Shown in pieces: positions 46,762-56,905 of a stretch of DNA of 64,000 bases (positions are counted from its first letter, which is position 1; every line of letters starts with the position of its first letter). This DNA is from an uncultured Alphaproteobacteria bacterium. Lineage in GTDB: Bacteria > Pseudomonadota > Alphaproteobacteria > Rhizobiales > Xanthobacteraceae. Under the pieces are notes generated by a model, which searched no databases, was not told the DNA's origin, and was given only the letters and a program-made list of their open reading frames with translations. The stretch is taken from contig CAWFCM010000008.1 of assembly GCA_963814215.1 (NCBI GenBank), positions 2,539-66,538 on the forward strand, given 5' to 3'. Both the position numbers and the translations under genes were made by a program.

Positions 46762-48078
46762 TCAGCCGATTTCCGCGCGCTTGATCGCGAGGCTCTTGAG
46801 GTAGGCGGCCGGATTTTCAGGATCGAACACCTTGCCGTCGAAGAACGTTTCCTTGCCGCGAGAGGTCGATGCCGGGATGTCGGAAGCCTTGACGCCGAGC
46901 GTCTTCGCCGACTCGCGCCAGATGTCTTCGCGGTTGACCTTCTTGATCAGGCCCTTGGCGTCGACCGTCGCCTCGAACTTGGCCCAGCGGATGTCTTCCA
47001 TGATGAACCAGAGGTCGTGGCTCTGGAACGGATACGATGCGTGGTTCATCCAGTACTTCATGATGTGCGGCGAGTTTTCGACCACCTTGTCGGGAATGCC
47101 GTAGTTGAACTTGCCCTTGGTGCGATCGATGATGTCCTCGTACGGCGCGTTGATCCATTGACGCTTGGACATGATGCGCGCGAGCTCTTCGTGGTTCTCG
47201 GGCTTGTCGGCCCATTGCTGCGCTTCCATCACCGCCATCAGCATCGCTTTCGATGCATTCGGATATTTGTCGACCCAAGCGGCGCGCATGCCGAGCGACT
47301 TCTCCGGATGCTTGTTCCAGAGCTCGCCCGTGGTGATCGCGGTGTAACCGATGTTCTGGTTGACAAGCTGCAGGTTCCACGGCTCGCAAACGCAGAAGCA
47401 ATCCATGGTGCCGACCTTCATGTTCGCCACCATCTGCGGAGGCGGAACGGTGATGGTCTCGATGTCCTTATCGGGATCGATGCCGCCGGCGGCGAGCCAG
47501 TAGCGGATCCAGAGGTCGTGCGTGCCACCCGGGAATGTGTTGGCGGCCTTCACCGCCTTGCCCGAGGCTTTCTTCTTTTCCAGCGCCTCCTTGAACGGCT
47601 TGGTGTCGAGGCCGATGCGAAGGTCCGCGTATTCCTTGGCGACCGAGATGCTCTGGCTGTCGAGATTGAGGCGCGCCAGGATGTACATCGGCGTCGGTAC
47701 GTTGTTCTGCGTCACCTTGCCGGCCGAGATCAGGTACGGCATCGGCGTCAGGATGTGCGCGCCATCGATGCCGTTGCCTTCCGAGCCGAGCACGAGATTG
47801 TCGCGCGTCGCACCCCACGACGCCTGCTTGAGAACTTCGGTGTCGGGCATGCCATGCTTGGCGAAGAAGCCCTTGTCCTTGGCGACGAACAGAGCACCGG
47901 CATCGGTGAGCGCGATAAAGCCGAGCTTGGCGCCCTTGACCTCGGGACCGGCGCCTTGCGCGAACGCGCCGCCGGGAAATTGCGTCTGCACCGCGCCGAG
48001 CAGTGCAGCGGTGCTGGCGGTGCCCTTGAGGAATTTGCGGCGGTCGATCGACTTCCGTCCGATGTCCTTCGTCGTCAT
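46762..48078 (-). CDS. nrtA: Nitrate ABC transporter periplasmic binding protein
   Basis: Start is at MTTKDIGRKSIDRRKFLKG (Tat signal; GAGAGGA upstream). The NrtA-like body includes LGFIALTDAGALFVAKDKGFFAKHG. Confidence 0.9.
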   Translation of the reverse strand: MTTKDIGRKSIDRRKFLKGTASTAALLGAVQTQFPGGAFAQGAGPEVKGAKLGFIALTDAGALFVAKDKGFFAKHGMPDTEVLKQASWGATRDNLVLGSEGNGIDGAHILTPMPYLISAGKVTQNNVPTPMYILARLNLDSQSISVAKEYADLRIGLDTKPFKEALEKKKASGKAVKAANTFPGGTHDLWIRYWLAAGGIDPDKDIETITVPPPQMVANMKVGTMDCFCVCEPWNLQLVNQNIGYTAITTGELWNKHPEKSLGMRAAWVDKYPNASKAMLMAVMEAQQWADKPENHEELARIMSKRQWINAPYEDIIDRTKGKFNYGIPDKVVENSPHIMKYWMNHASYPFQSHDLWFIMEDIRWAKFEATVDAKGLIKKVNREDIWRESAKTLGVKASDIPASTSRGKETFFDGKVFDPENPAAYLKSLAIKRAEIG

Positions 48079-48118
48079 TGTGTTTGTCCTCTCTGGTCTC
48101 TGGTTTCGTTCCGCCAGC

Positions 48119-48172
48119 AAAAAAGCCGCAGCCTGCAGTGGGCCTTCATTGGCCTCCCTCCAGGTCAGCGGC
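48119..48172 (-). terminator. Leader terminator upstream of nrtA
   Basis: The minus-strand RNA GCCGC-UGA-CCUG-GAGGGA-GGCC-AAUGAA-GGCC-CACUG-CAGG-CU-GCGGC is followed by UUUUUU. Confidence 0.7.
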
Positions 48173-48198
48173 GTTGCTTGTCGGCCCGTCGTTGGACC
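48141..48198 (-). promoter_or_regulatory. Candidate ANTAR (NasT) dual-hairpin RNA target
   Basis: Hairpin 1 is GGUCC-AACGAC-GGGCC (48183-48198). Hairpin 2 is GGCC-AAUGAA-GGCC (48141-48154), which forms the tip of the terminator. Both hexaloops have A at position 1 and G at position 4. Confidence 0.55.
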
Positions 48199-48245
48199 GC
48201 GATGCCGTCACTGACGGCCCCGTCTCGGTTTAGATCAGATCAATT

Positions 48246-48259
48246 CAAGCTTCGTGCCA
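48246..48259 (-). promoter_or_regulatory. Sigma54 (-24/-12)-type promoter for the nrtA operon
   Basis: The minus strand reads TGGCACGAAGCTTGA, against the consensus TGGCAC-N5-TTGC. Confidence 0.65.
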
Positions 48260-48373
48260 GATCGCCGTTCGGTAATTTTATTGAGATACGGCAGAGGCTT
48301 ATGCGGAAATCAGAAACCGTTAACGAATCATAAATTGATACCGCCATGCCCATCGTGGCCGCACCCTGCGGAT

Positions 48374-48392
48374 ATTTTGTGCAGCGCAAAAA
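48374..48392. promoter_or_regulatory. 19-bp imperfect palindrome, candidate enhancer-binding-protein (NtrC-like) site
   Basis: ATTTTGTGCAGCGCAAAAA is centred about 125 nt upstream of the -24 GG. A near-identical copy lies at 50291-50309. Confidence 0.55.
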
Positions 48393-48404
48393 ACAGGCAA
48401 TCTA

Positions 48405-49571
48405 CTATCGCCGGATCCGCAACGCCGCAATGTGACTGTCAATGTCGTTCGGATCGAACGGCGGTCCGGTGAACGCACCGACGCCGTCGACCGGTTCGCC
48501 CGCCATATCGAGAGCCTCGCCCGGCAGCGCCGCGTCGTAGAGATCGGGGCGAAACACCGACTTCGCGGCCGCGAGCATCTCGCTCGAATACGGCGCTTGA
48601 CCCCAGCGCACCATCTGTGCGTAGAGCCAGGCCGCTTGGGTCGGTTCGGGCCGCCCTGCTGCCTTGCGGCCAACCAGCAGATAGCGGTCGCTGGTGCGCA
48701 TGGTGCCGTCGGGCGTCACCTTCAAGCGGCCATCAAGCGTCCTGCGGATGACTTCCGCGGAAGCGCCGATCCGGTTCGGCGCCGCGAGGATTGCTGTCAC
48801 GTCGTCGCGGTTGGCCGGGTTCTCGACAAAGGCGGCGGCACGACCGAGCGCGCGGACGAGCCGCCGCAGCTTGTCGGGATTTTCAGCCGACCAGTTCGCG
48901 CGGACGGCGAGCACCTTCTCGGCGGCGCGAGAGAGAATCTCGGACACGAAGTGAAGGATGTAGCCAATGCCGAGATCGACCGCGACCGAGTTCCACGGCG
49001 CGCCGACGCAGAACCCATCGACGTGCTTGTTTGCCAGGCTTTCCACCATGTAGGGCGGCGGCAGCACGATCATGCGCACGTCCTCATCCGGATCGACGCC
49101 GCCCGCCGCCATCCAGAACCGTAGATGATAGTTGTGGGTCGAGAACGGGAAGGTCATACCGAAGGTGAGCGGGTCCTGCCCCCTCGCCTTGCGGTTCGCC
49201 GCCACGCGGGCGAGCGCGCGGCCTGACACGACGGGATCGGCGATATTGCCGTCGGCCGCGGCGGCAAGCGCTGCATAGAGTTCCGGCGACACGGTGATGG
49301 CGTTGCCGTTCACGCCGAGACCGAATGGCGCCACGATTGGCACCTTGACGTGACCGAGCCCAAGGCTCGATGCGATCGCCACCGGCGCAATCAGGTGCGC
49401 AGCGTCGAACAGTCCGATGTTGAGCTTGTCGCGCACGTTGGACCACGACACTTCGCGCACCAACTCGACATCGAGCCCCTGGGCCGCGGCGAAACCCTTG
49501 TCGGCCGCGACGATCAGCGCAGTCGCGTCGCACAACGGGATGAAACCTATGCGCAGGCGCTTGTCGCTCAT
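48405..49571 (-). CDS. nasS: NrtA-like cytoplasmic nitrate/nitrite sensor
   Basis: Start is at MSDKRLRIGFIPLCDATALIVAADKGF with no signal peptide. Its ATG overlaps the nasT stop (ATGA). Confidence 0.85.
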   Translation of the reverse strand: MSDKRLRIGFIPLCDATALIVAADKGFAAAQGLDVELVREVSWSNVRDKLNIGLFDAAHLIAPVAIASSLGLGHVKVPIVAPFGLGVNGNAITVSPELYAALAAAADGNIADPVVSGRALARVAANRKARGQDPLTFGMTFPFSTHNYHLRFWMAAGGVDPDEDVRMIVLPPPYMVESLANKHVDGFCVGAPWNSVAVDLGIGYILHFVSEILSRAAEKVLAVRANWSAENPDKLRRLVRALGRAAAFVENPANRDDVTAILAAPNRIGASAEVIRRTLDGRLKVTPDGTMRTSDRYLLVGRKAAGRPEPTQAAWLYAQMVRWGQAPYSSEMLAAAKSVFRPDLYDAALPGEALDMAGEPVDGVGAFTGPPFDPNDIDSHIAALRIRR

Positions 49572-50152
49572 TTGAACAGCTCCGCGGCGGTGATGACCGA
49601 TTGCGCGACCTCGGCGATCTTCTTGTTCTCGTTCATCGCGGTCTTGCGCAGCAGCGCATAGGCTGCGTCCTCCGACAGGTTTTTTGCTTTCATGAGAATG
49701 CCCTTGGCGCGGTCGATCACCTTGCGTTCCTCCAGCGCGGAGCGGGTGCGATCGAGTTCGTTCTGCAGGCGCGAGAAGGCGTTGAAGCGGGAGATGCACA
49801 GATCGAGGATGGTCTTGATGCGCTCTTTCTGCAGGTTGCCGACGATGTAGGCCGATACGCCGGCATCGACCGAGGCCTGGATCGAGGCGGTGTCGCTCTG
49901 GTCGACGAACATCGCAATCGGCCGTTTCACCGCGCGGCTGACCTGGAACATCTGCTCGAGCACGTCGCGGCTCGGGTTCTCGAGGTCGATCAGGATGACG
50001 TCGGGGTCGATGGCGTAGATGCGCGCCAGCAGGTGCGACACTTCATCAATACGAACGACATGAACATGACCGGCCTCGCGCAGCCCCTCCTCCAGGATGG
50101 CGGCCCGCACCGGGTTCTCGTCGACAATGACAATTTTGAACGTAGGATCCAT
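49568..50152 (-). CDS. nasT: ANTAR-domain response-regulator-type antiterminator
   Basis: A receiver-like N-terminus (KIVIVDENPVRAAILEEGL) is followed by a C-terminal ANTAR domain (LEERKVIDRAKGILMKAKNLSEDAAYALLRKTAMNENKKI). The start is taken at MDPTFK. Confidence 0.85.
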   Translation of the reverse strand: MDPTFKIVIVDENPVRAAILEEGLREAGHVHVVRIDEVSHLLARIYAIDPDVILIDLENPSRDVLEQMFQVSRAVKRPIAMFVDQSDTASIQASVDAGVSAYIVGNLQKERIKTILDLCISRFNAFSRLQNELDRTRSALEERKVIDRAKGILMKAKNLSEDAAYALLRKTAMNENKKIAEVAQSVITAAELFK

Positions 50153-50170
50153 GGGCCGCTGACCAATCAT

Positions 50171-50184
50171 CAAGCAGCGTGCCA
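50171..50184 (-). promoter_or_regulatory. Sigma54-type promoter immediately upstream of nasT
   Basis: The minus strand reads TGGCACGCTGCTTGA, matching the nrtA promoter at 13 of 15 positions. Confidence 0.55.
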
Positions 50185-50290
50185 ATGATCTGGTTGAGGC
50201 AAATTCTACAATAAAAACAACGTATTATACGCAATGCCGCGCCAGGTCGTGCTGCGCAGCATGTGCCTGCTATCGGCGCAGCGCGCCGGA

Positions 50291-50309
50291 ATTTTGTGCA
50301 GCGCAAAAT
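50291..50309. promoter_or_regulatory. Second copy of the 19-bp palindrome (candidate NtrC-like UAS)
   Basis: ATTTTGTGCAGCGCAAAAT is centred about 118 nt upstream of the nasT -24 GG. Confidence 0.55.
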
Positions 50310-50589
50310 TAGACGACACTGTGTCGATGGACACAAGATCGCCAAAATTTCCGCTGCGGCGCGGAACCCGAACCGCTGGCAGGAATTGTCTGCTTGGGTT
50401 GTAGTTCGAGCTGACCTTCAACCGGATCGACCGGGGGGTTTCAAATGGTGGATGGCCTGTCGTTATACGGGGTTGCGCGGTCGCCGCGCAATCCCAGCGA
50501 CTCTGTCTGCGCCGTCCCGCCATTTCTACGCCTTACATCCGCTTGCTGAAGAGAGGATTCCGCGCCCACGGCGCGGATGGGAGACCGCT

Positions 50590-53500
50590 ATGTCGAGCAC
50601 CGAAGAAGTCAGGCCAAAAGGAAGCCGGGGCGCACGTCTTGCAGTGCCGACCCAGCCCGCCATGAACGGTGAAACAGCGTTCCATCCGCACGAACTTCTT
50701 GCCGCGCTGCAGGCGATGCGCAGCGGCGACTTCTCGGTCCGAATGGCGGGCGACCGGCTCGGCATCGAAGGCAAAATCGCCGACACCTTCAACGAAATCG
50801 CCGCCGCTAACCAGCGCATGGCGCAGCAGCTTGAGCGCGTCGGGCAGCGCGTCGGCCGCGAAGGCAAAGCGAAGGACCGCGTCAAGTTCAGCCTGTCGCA
50901 AGGCGCCTGGGGCGAGATGGAAGGCTCCGTCAACACGCTGATCGATGATCTGCTCTGGCCGACCCGCGAAGTGACCCGCGCGGTCGCCGCGGTGGCGCAG
51001 GGCGATCTTATTCAGACTGTCCGGCTCGACGTCGACGGCCGGCCGCTGCAGGGCGAGTTCTTGCAATCAGCGACCATCGTCAACACCATGATCCGGCAAC
51101 TCGGCGTGTTCACCTCCGAAGTGACCCGCGTCGCGCGCGAAGTGGGCACCGAAGGCAAGCTCGGCGGCCAGGCGCAGGTGCCGGAGGTGACAGGCGTGTG
51201 GAAAGACCTCACCGAGAGCGTCAACTCGATGGCGTCGAACTTGACCGGTCAGGTGCGCAATCTAGCCGAGGTAACGATCGCAGTGGCGAATGGCGATTTG
51301 TCGAAGAAAATCACCGTGGACGTGCGCGGTGAAATCCTGCAACTCAAAGAAGCCATCAACACGATGGTGGACCAACTCCGTTCGTTCGCCTCGGAAGTGA
51401 CGCGCGTCGCGCGCGAGGTCGGCACCGACGGCAAACTCGGCGGTCAGGCGATCGTGCCCGGCGTCGCCGGAACCTGGAAGGATCTGACCGACAACGTCAA
51501 CCTGCTGGCGGGCAATCTGACCACGCAGGTCCGCAATATCGCGCAGGTGACGACCGCCGTCGCGCGCGGCGACCTGTCGCGCAAGATCACGGTGGACGTG
51601 AAAGGTGAAGTGCTGGAATTGAAGGACACCATTAACACGATGGTGGACCAGCTCAACGGCTTCGCCTCGGAAGTGACTCGCGTCGCCCGCGAGGTCGGAA
51701 CTGAAGGCAAACTCGGCGGCCAGGCCGCGGTGCCCGGCGTGGCCGGCACCTGGAAGGATCTGACCGACAGCGTGAACTTCATGGCCGGCAACTTGACATC
51801 GCAAGTCCGCAACATCGCGGACGTGGCGACCGCTATCGCCGGCGGCGATTTGTCGAAGAAGATTACCGTGACAGCCAGCGGCGAAATCCTGCAACTCAAG
51901 GAAACCGTCAACACGATGGTGGATCAGCTCAACGCCTTCGCCGGCGAAGTAACGCGCGTCGCGCGCGAGGTCGGCACCGAAGGCCGGCTGGGCGGCCAGG
52001 CCAACGTGCTCGGCGTCGCCGGCACCTGGAAGGATTTGACCGACTCGGTCAACTCGATGGCCTCGAACCTGACCGCCCAGGTCCGAAACATCGCGGAAGT
52101 GACGACGGCCGTCGCCGGCGGCGACCTGTCGAAAAAGATCACAGTCGACGTGCGCGGCGAAATCGCCGAGCTCAAGGACACCATCAACACCATGGTGGAC
52201 CAGCTCAACGCCTTCGCCGGCGAAGTGACGCGCGTGGCGCGCGAAGTCGGCACCGAAGGCAAGCTCGGCGGCCAGGCGCTGGTGCGCGGCGTGGCTGGCA
52301 CCTGGAAGGATTTGACCGACTCGGTGAACTCAATGGCCTCGAACCTCACCGGTCAGGTCCGCAACATCGCCGAAGTGGCGACCGCGGTCGCGCTGGGCGA
52401 CCTGTCGAAGAAGATCACCGTGAACGTGTCGGGCGAAATCCTTCAGCTCAAGGAAACGCTCAACACCATGGTGGACCAGCTCAACGCCTTCGCCGGCGAA
52501 GTGACCCGCGTCGCGCGCGAGGTCGGCACAGAAGGCAGGCTCGGCGGCCAGGCCGCGGTGCCGGGCGTCGCCGGCACCTGGAAGGATTTGACCGACAGCG
52601 TCAACTCGATGGCCGGCAACCTGACCGGCCAGGTCCGCAACATCGCCGAGGTGGCAACCGCCATCGCCGGCGGCGACCTGTCGCGCAAGATCACGGTCGA
52701 CGTGCGCGGCGAAATCCTTCAGCTCAAGGAAACGCTGAACACGATGGTGGACCAGCTCAACCGGTTCGCCGGCGAAGTGACGCGCGTCGCGCGCGAGGTC
52801 GGCACAGAAGGACGTCTTGGCGGCCAGGCCAACGTGCCGGGTGTCGCGGGCACCTGGAAGGACCTGACCGACAGCGTCAATTCGATGGCCGGCAACCTGA
52901 CCGCCCAAGTCCGCAACATCGCCGAAGTAACGACCGCCGTGGCGCGCGGCGACCTGTCGCGCAAGATCACCGTCGACGTGAAGGGCGAAATTCTCGAGCT
53001 CAAGAACACCATCAACACCATGGTGGACCAGCTCAACTCGTTCGCCTCCGAAGTGACGCGCGTTGCACGCGAGGTCGGCACCGAAGGCAAGCTCGGCGGC
53101 CAGGCGCAAGTGCCGGAAGTCGCAGGCACCTGGAAAGACTTGACCGACAACGTCAACTTCATGGCGTCGAACCTCACCGCCCAGGTCCGCAACATCGCCG
53201 AGGTCGCGACCGCCATCGCCGGCGGCGACCTGTCCAAGAAGATCACCGTCGACGTGCGCGGCGAGCTCCTGTTGCTCAAGGACACGCTCAACACCACGAC
53301 GGAGCAGCTCCGCTCGTTCGCCGCCGAAGTGACCCGCGTCGCGCGCGAGGTCGGCACCGAAGGCCGGCTCGGCGGTCAGGCGGTGGTGCCCGGCGCGGCC
53401 GGCACGTGGAAGGATCTCACCGACAACGTCAACCTGCTGGCCGCAAACCTCACCACGCAGGTCCGCAACATCGCCGAAGTGACCACCGCCGTCGCGCGCG

Positions 53501-56500
53501 GCGACCTTTCGCGCAAGATCTCGGTGGACGTGAAGGGCGAAATTCTGGAGCTCAAGAACACCATCAACACGATGGTGGACCAGCTCAACGCCTTCGCCGG
53601 CGAAGTGACCCGCGTCGCGCGCGAGGTCGGCACCGAAGGCCTGCTCGGCGGCCAGGCCGCGGTGCCCGGCGTCGCCGGCACGTGGAAAGACTTGACCGAC
53701 ACGGTGAACGTCATGGCCGCCAACCTCACCGAACAGGTGCGCGGCATCGTGAAGGTCGTGACCGCGGTCGCAAACGGCGACCTCAAGCAGAACCTCACCG
53801 TGAAGTCGAAGGGTGAAGTGGCCGCGCTCGCCGATACCATCAACAACATGACCGACACGCTGGCGACCTTCGCCGATCAGGTGACGTCGGTGGCGCGCGA
53901 GGTCGGCGTGGAAGGCCGGCTCGGCGGCCAGGCCAACGTGCCCGGCGCGGCCGGCACCTGGAAGGACTTGACCGGTAACGTGAACCTGCTGGCGACGAAC
54001 CTGACCACGCAGGTGCGCGCCATCGCCGAGGTGGCGACCGCAGTCACCAAGGGTGACCTGACGCGATCAATTCAGGCCGAGGCGCGCGGCGAGGTGGCCG
54101 AGCTCAAAGACAACATCAACACGATGATCGACAACCTGCGGCTCACCACCGACCGCAACACCGAGCAGGACTGGCTGAAGACGAACCTTGCCAAGTTCAC
54201 CAACATGCTCCAAGGCCAACGCGACATGGGGACCGTCGGCCGGCTGCTGCTGCACGAACTGACCCCGCTCGTCAACGCGCAGCTCGGCGTCATCTACCAG
54301 GTGGAAGGCACCGACAGCCTGCGGCTATTGTCCGGCTATGCGGACGACGGCGTGACCGGCCATCCGCAGCGGCTCCAATTCGGCGAAGGCTTGATCGGAC
54401 AATGCGCGGTGGACAAGCGACATCTCCTGATCACGGAAATGCCGACCAACGCGGTGCCAATCGGTTCGGCGCTGTTCAAGGTGGTTCCACGCAACATTAT
54501 CGTGCTGCCGGTGTTGTTCGAGGGCGAGGTTAAGGCCGTCATCGAGCTCGCCTCGGTATCCGCTTTTACCACGCTGCAAACAATGTTCCTGGAGCAACTC
54601 ACCGACAGCATCGGCATCGTGCTGAACAGCATCGAGGCCACGATGCAGACCGAAGGCCTGCTGAAGCAATCTCAGCAGCTCGCCGGCGAGCTTCAGACTC
54701 AGCAGAAAGAGCTGCAGCAGACTAACGAGCAGGTCGAGCAGAAGGCGCAACAGCTCGCCGAACGCAACGTGGAAGTTGAAAGGAAGAACCAGGAAATCGA
54801 GCAGGCACGCCGAGCGGTCGAGGAGAAGGCCTCGGAATTGGCGCTGACATCGAAGTACAAGTCCGAATTCCTGGCGAACATGTCCCACGAGCTGCGCACC
54901 CCACTCAACTCGATTCTTATTCTGGGTCAACAGCTTACCGAAAATCCGGACGGCAACCTGTCGGCCAAGCAGGTGGAATTCGCCCGCACCATCCACGGCG
55001 CCGGCACCGACCTGCTCAACCTAATCAGCGACATTCTCGACCTGTCGAAGATCGAGTCCGGCACCGTCACGGTCGACGTCCAGGAGGTGTACGTTACCAA
55101 CCTGGTCGAAGCGATCGCGCGTCCGTTCCGCCACGAGGCGGACAACCGCCAGCTCGCGTTCGACGTCGAGATTGATCCGCATCTCGGCCGCAGCATCCAC
55201 ACCGACACCAAGCGTTTGCAGCAGATCCTCAAGAACCTGCTGTCCAACGCCTTCAAGTTCACAGAGCAAGGCGGCGTCCGCCTCAAAGTGTCGGCCGTGG
55301 TCAGCGGCTGGAGCGCCGAGCATCCGGTGCTAAGCCAGTCGCCGGCGGTCGTTGCTTTCCAGGTGTCGGACTCCGGCATCGGCATTCCGCTGGAGAAGCA
55401 AAAGATAATCTTCGAGGCGTTCCAGCAGGCCGACGCCAGCACGAGCCGCAAATACGGCGGTACCGGCCTAGGCCTCGCGATCAGCCGCGAGCTGTCGCAA
55501 CTGCTCGGCGGCGAGATCCAACTGCACAGCACCCCCGGCTCGGGCAGCACGTTCACGATGTATCTGCCGCTTAAGTATGTCGGCTCCACCGCGTCGCAGC
55601 GTGCGCAAAACGAACCGTCCCAGCACAGGTCGCCGACAGTTCCCGCGCTCGTGGCGAGCGTGCCGGAGCGCGTCATCGAGCAAATCCCGGACGACAGGCT
55701 GGAGATCGAACCCGGCGACAGCATCCTGCTGATCGTCGAGGACGACCCGCACTACGCGCGGGTGATCATGGATCTCGCCCGCGAGAAGGGCTTCAAGGTT
55801 CTGGTTTCGACGCGGGGCGCCGACGCGCTCGACCTCGCCAAGCAGTTCCAGCCTTCGGCGGTTTCGCTCGACGTATTCCTGCCCGACATGCTCGGCTGGT
55901 CAGTGCTGAGCCAGCTCAAGCAGAACCCTCTGACCCGGCACATCCCGGTCCAGATCATCACGCTCGACGAGGACAGGCAGCACGCTTTGGCCAGCGGCGC
56001 CTTCTCGTTCGTCACCAAGCCGACCACGACCGAAGGCGTCGATGCCGCGTTGTCGCGCATCAAGGAATACGCGCAGCCGCGCCGCAAGCGCCTGCTGGTG
56101 GTGGAGGACAACGCCGCGGAGCGGGTGAGCATCACCGAGCTGCTCGGCCACGATGACATCGAGATCGTTACGGTGGGCACCGGCGGCGACGCACTGTCCA
56201 CATTGCGTAACGACCCGTGCGACTGCGTCGTGCTCGATCTCCGGCTGCCCGACATGTCCGGCTTCGAAGTGCTGGAGAAGATCCGCGAAGACGTCTCGCT
56301 GTCTGAAGTCCCGGTGATCGTGTTCACCGGACGCGAGCTGTCGGCGGAAGAAGACGCGCAACTTCACACCATGGCGCGCAGCATCGTGGTCAAGGGCGTG
56401 GAATCTCCGGAGCGTCTGCTCGACGAGACCGCGCTGTTCCTGCATCGCGTGGTGACCGACCTGCCGGCCGAGAAACAGCGCATGCTGGAACGCCTCAACA

Positions 56501-56889
56501 GCTCCGACGAGGATCTGGTGGGCCGCACCGCGCTGCTGGTCGACGATGACGCACGCAACATCTTTGCGCTCTCCAGCGTGCTGGAGCGCCGCGGCATGCA
56601 TGTGCTCACGGCGACAACCGGCAGCGAAGCGATCACGCTGGTCGAATCAACTCCTGACCTCGCGATCGTCCTGATGGACATCATGATGCCGGAAATGGAC
56701 GGCTACCAGACGATGGAGCTGATACGCCAGAAGCCGGCATTCCGCCGCCTGCCGATCATCGCGCTGACCGCGAAAGCGATGAAAGGCGACCGCGAGAAGT
56801 GCCTCGAGGCCGGCGCCTCCGACTATCTGGCAAAGCCGGTGAACACCGAACAACTGCTGACAGCGTTGCGCATGTGGCTGCACCGCTAG
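50590..56889 (+). CDS. Soluble poly-HAMP hybrid sensor histidine kinase (HAMP array - GAF - HisKA - HATPase - 3 receiver domains)
   Basis: Start is at ATG 50590 ([10 protein letters not shown]) within ORF 50263..56889. There are eleven 92-aa repeats, then a GAF-like region, the H-box [14 protein letters not shown], the G-boxes DSGIGIP and GGTGLGLAI, and three D-containing REC domains. No hydrophobic segments are seen. Confidence 0.9.
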   Translation: MSSTEEVRPKGSRGARLAVPTQPAMNGETAFHPHELLAALQAMRSGDFSVRMAGDRLGIEGKIADTFNEIAAANQRMAQQLERVGQRVGREGKAKDRVKFSLSQGAWGEMEGSVNTLIDDLLWPTREVTRAVAAVAQGDLIQTVRLDVDGRPLQGEFLQSATIVNTMIRQLGVFTSEVTRVAREVGTEGKLGGQAQVPEVTGVWKDLTESVNSMASNLTGQVRNLAEVTIAVANGDLSKKITVDVRGEILQLKEAINTMVDQLRSFASEVTRVAREVGTDGKLGGQAIVPGVAGTWKDLTDNVNLLAGNLTTQVRNIAQVTTAVARGDLSRKITVDVKGEVLELKDTINTMVDQLNGFASEVTRVAREVGTEGKLGGQAAVPGVAGTWKDLTDSVNFMAGNLTSQVRNIADVATAIAGGDLSKKITVTASGEILQLKETVNTMVDQLNAFAGEVTRVAREVGTEGRLGGQANVLGVAGTWKDLTDSVNSMASNLTAQVRNIAEVTTAVAGGDLSKKITVDVRGEIAELKDTINTMVDQLNAFAGEVTRVAREVGTEGKLGGQALVRGVAGTWKDLTDSVNSMASNLTGQVRNIAEVATAVALGDLSKKITVNVSGEILQLKETLNTMVDQLNAFAGEVTRVAREVGTEGRLGGQAAVPGVAGTWKDLTDSVNSMAGNLTGQVRNIAEVATAIAGGDLSRKITVDVRGEILQLKETLNTMVDQLNRFAGEVTRVAREVGTEGRLGGQANVPGVAGTWKDLTDSVNSMAGNLTAQVRNIAEVTTAVARGDLSRKITVDVKGEILELKNTINTMVDQLNSFASEVTRVAREVGTEGKLGGQAQVPEVAGTWKDLTDNVNFMASNLTAQVRNIAEVATAIAGGDLSKKITVDVRGELLLLKDTLNTTTEQLRSFAAEVTRVAREVGTEGRLGGQAVVPGAAGTWKDLTDNVNLLAANLTTQVRNIAEVTTAVARGDLSRKISVDVKGEILELKNTINTMVDQLNAFAGEVTRVAREVGTEGLLGGQAAVPGVAGTWKDLTDTVNVMAANLTEQVRGIVKVVTAVANGDLKQNLTVKSKGEVAALADTINNMTDTLATFADQVTSVAREVGVEGRLGGQANVPGAAGTWKDLTGNVNLLATNLTTQVRAIAEVATAVTKGDLTRSIQAEARGEVAELKDNINTMIDNLRLTTDRNTEQDWLKTNLAKFTNMLQGQRDMGTVGRLLLHELTPLVNAQLGVIYQVEGTDSLRLLSGYADDGVTGHPQRLQFGEGLIGQCAVDKRHLLITEMPTNAVPIGSALFKVVPRNIIVLPVLFEGEVKAVIELASVSAFTTLQTMFLEQLTDSIGIVLNSIEATMQTEGLLKQSQQLAGELQTQQKELQQTNEQVEQKAQQLAERNVEVERKNQEIEQARRAVEEKASELALTSKYKSEFLANMSHELRTPLNSILILGQQLTENPDGNLSAKQVEFARTIHGAGTDLLNLISDILDLSKIESGTVTVDVQEVYVTNLVEAIARPFRHEADNRQLAFDVEIDPHLGRSIHTDTKRLQQILKNLLSNAFKFTEQGGVRLKVSAVVSGWSAEHPVLSQSPAVVAFQVSDSGIGIPLEKQKIIFEAFQQADASTSRKYGGTGLGLAISRELSQLLGGEIQLHSTPGSGSTFTMYLPLKYVGSTASQRAQNEPSQHRSPTVPALVASVPERVIEQIPDDRLEIEPGDSILLIVEDDPHYARVIMDLAREKGFKVLVSTRGADALDLAKQFQPSAVSLDVFLPDMLGWSVLSQLKQNPLTRHIPVQIITLDEDRQHALASGAFSFVTKPTTTEGVDAALSRIKEYAQPRRKRLLVVEDNAAERVSITELLGHDDIEIVTVGTGGDALSTLRNDPCDCVVLDLRLPDMSGFEVLEKIREDVSLSEVPVIVFTGRELSAEEDAQLHTMARSIVVKGVESPERLLDETALFLHRVVTDLPAEKQRMLERLNSSDEDLVGRTALLVDDDARNIFALSSVLERRGMHVLTATTGSEAITLVESTPDLAIVLMDIMMPEMDGYQTMELIRQKPAFRRLPIIALTAKAMKGDREKCLEAGASDYLAKPVNTEQLLTALRMWLHR
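51109..54144 (+). repeat. Eleven tandem in-frame 276-bp (92-codon) repeats encoding paired HAMP domains
   Basis: Each unit begins F(A/T)(S/G)[13 protein letters not shown](K/R)LGGQA and ends NTMVDQL(N/R)x. 11 x 276 = 3036 bp, which fits 51109-54144 exactly. Confidence 0.9.
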
Positions 56890-56905
56890 AGTTGAGGCAC
56901 GAACG

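Noticed and set aside
48374-48392. FNR/FixK-type box (TTG-N8-CAA).
   Set aside because: The half-sites are separated by 7 nt, not 8, so the palindrome has an odd centre. The context with -24/-12 promoters fits an enhancer-binding protein better.
51262-53858. Series of 140-260-aa minus-strand ORFs inside the HAMP repeat region.
   Set aside because: They repeat with the same 276-bp period only because the sense strand does. They are antisense artefacts of the kinase gene.
51109-54144. Regular periodic array that could be mistaken for a CRISPR or satellite array.
   Set aside because: The period is 276 bp with no repeat/spacer alternation. The whole array is one continuous reading frame encoding HAMP domains.
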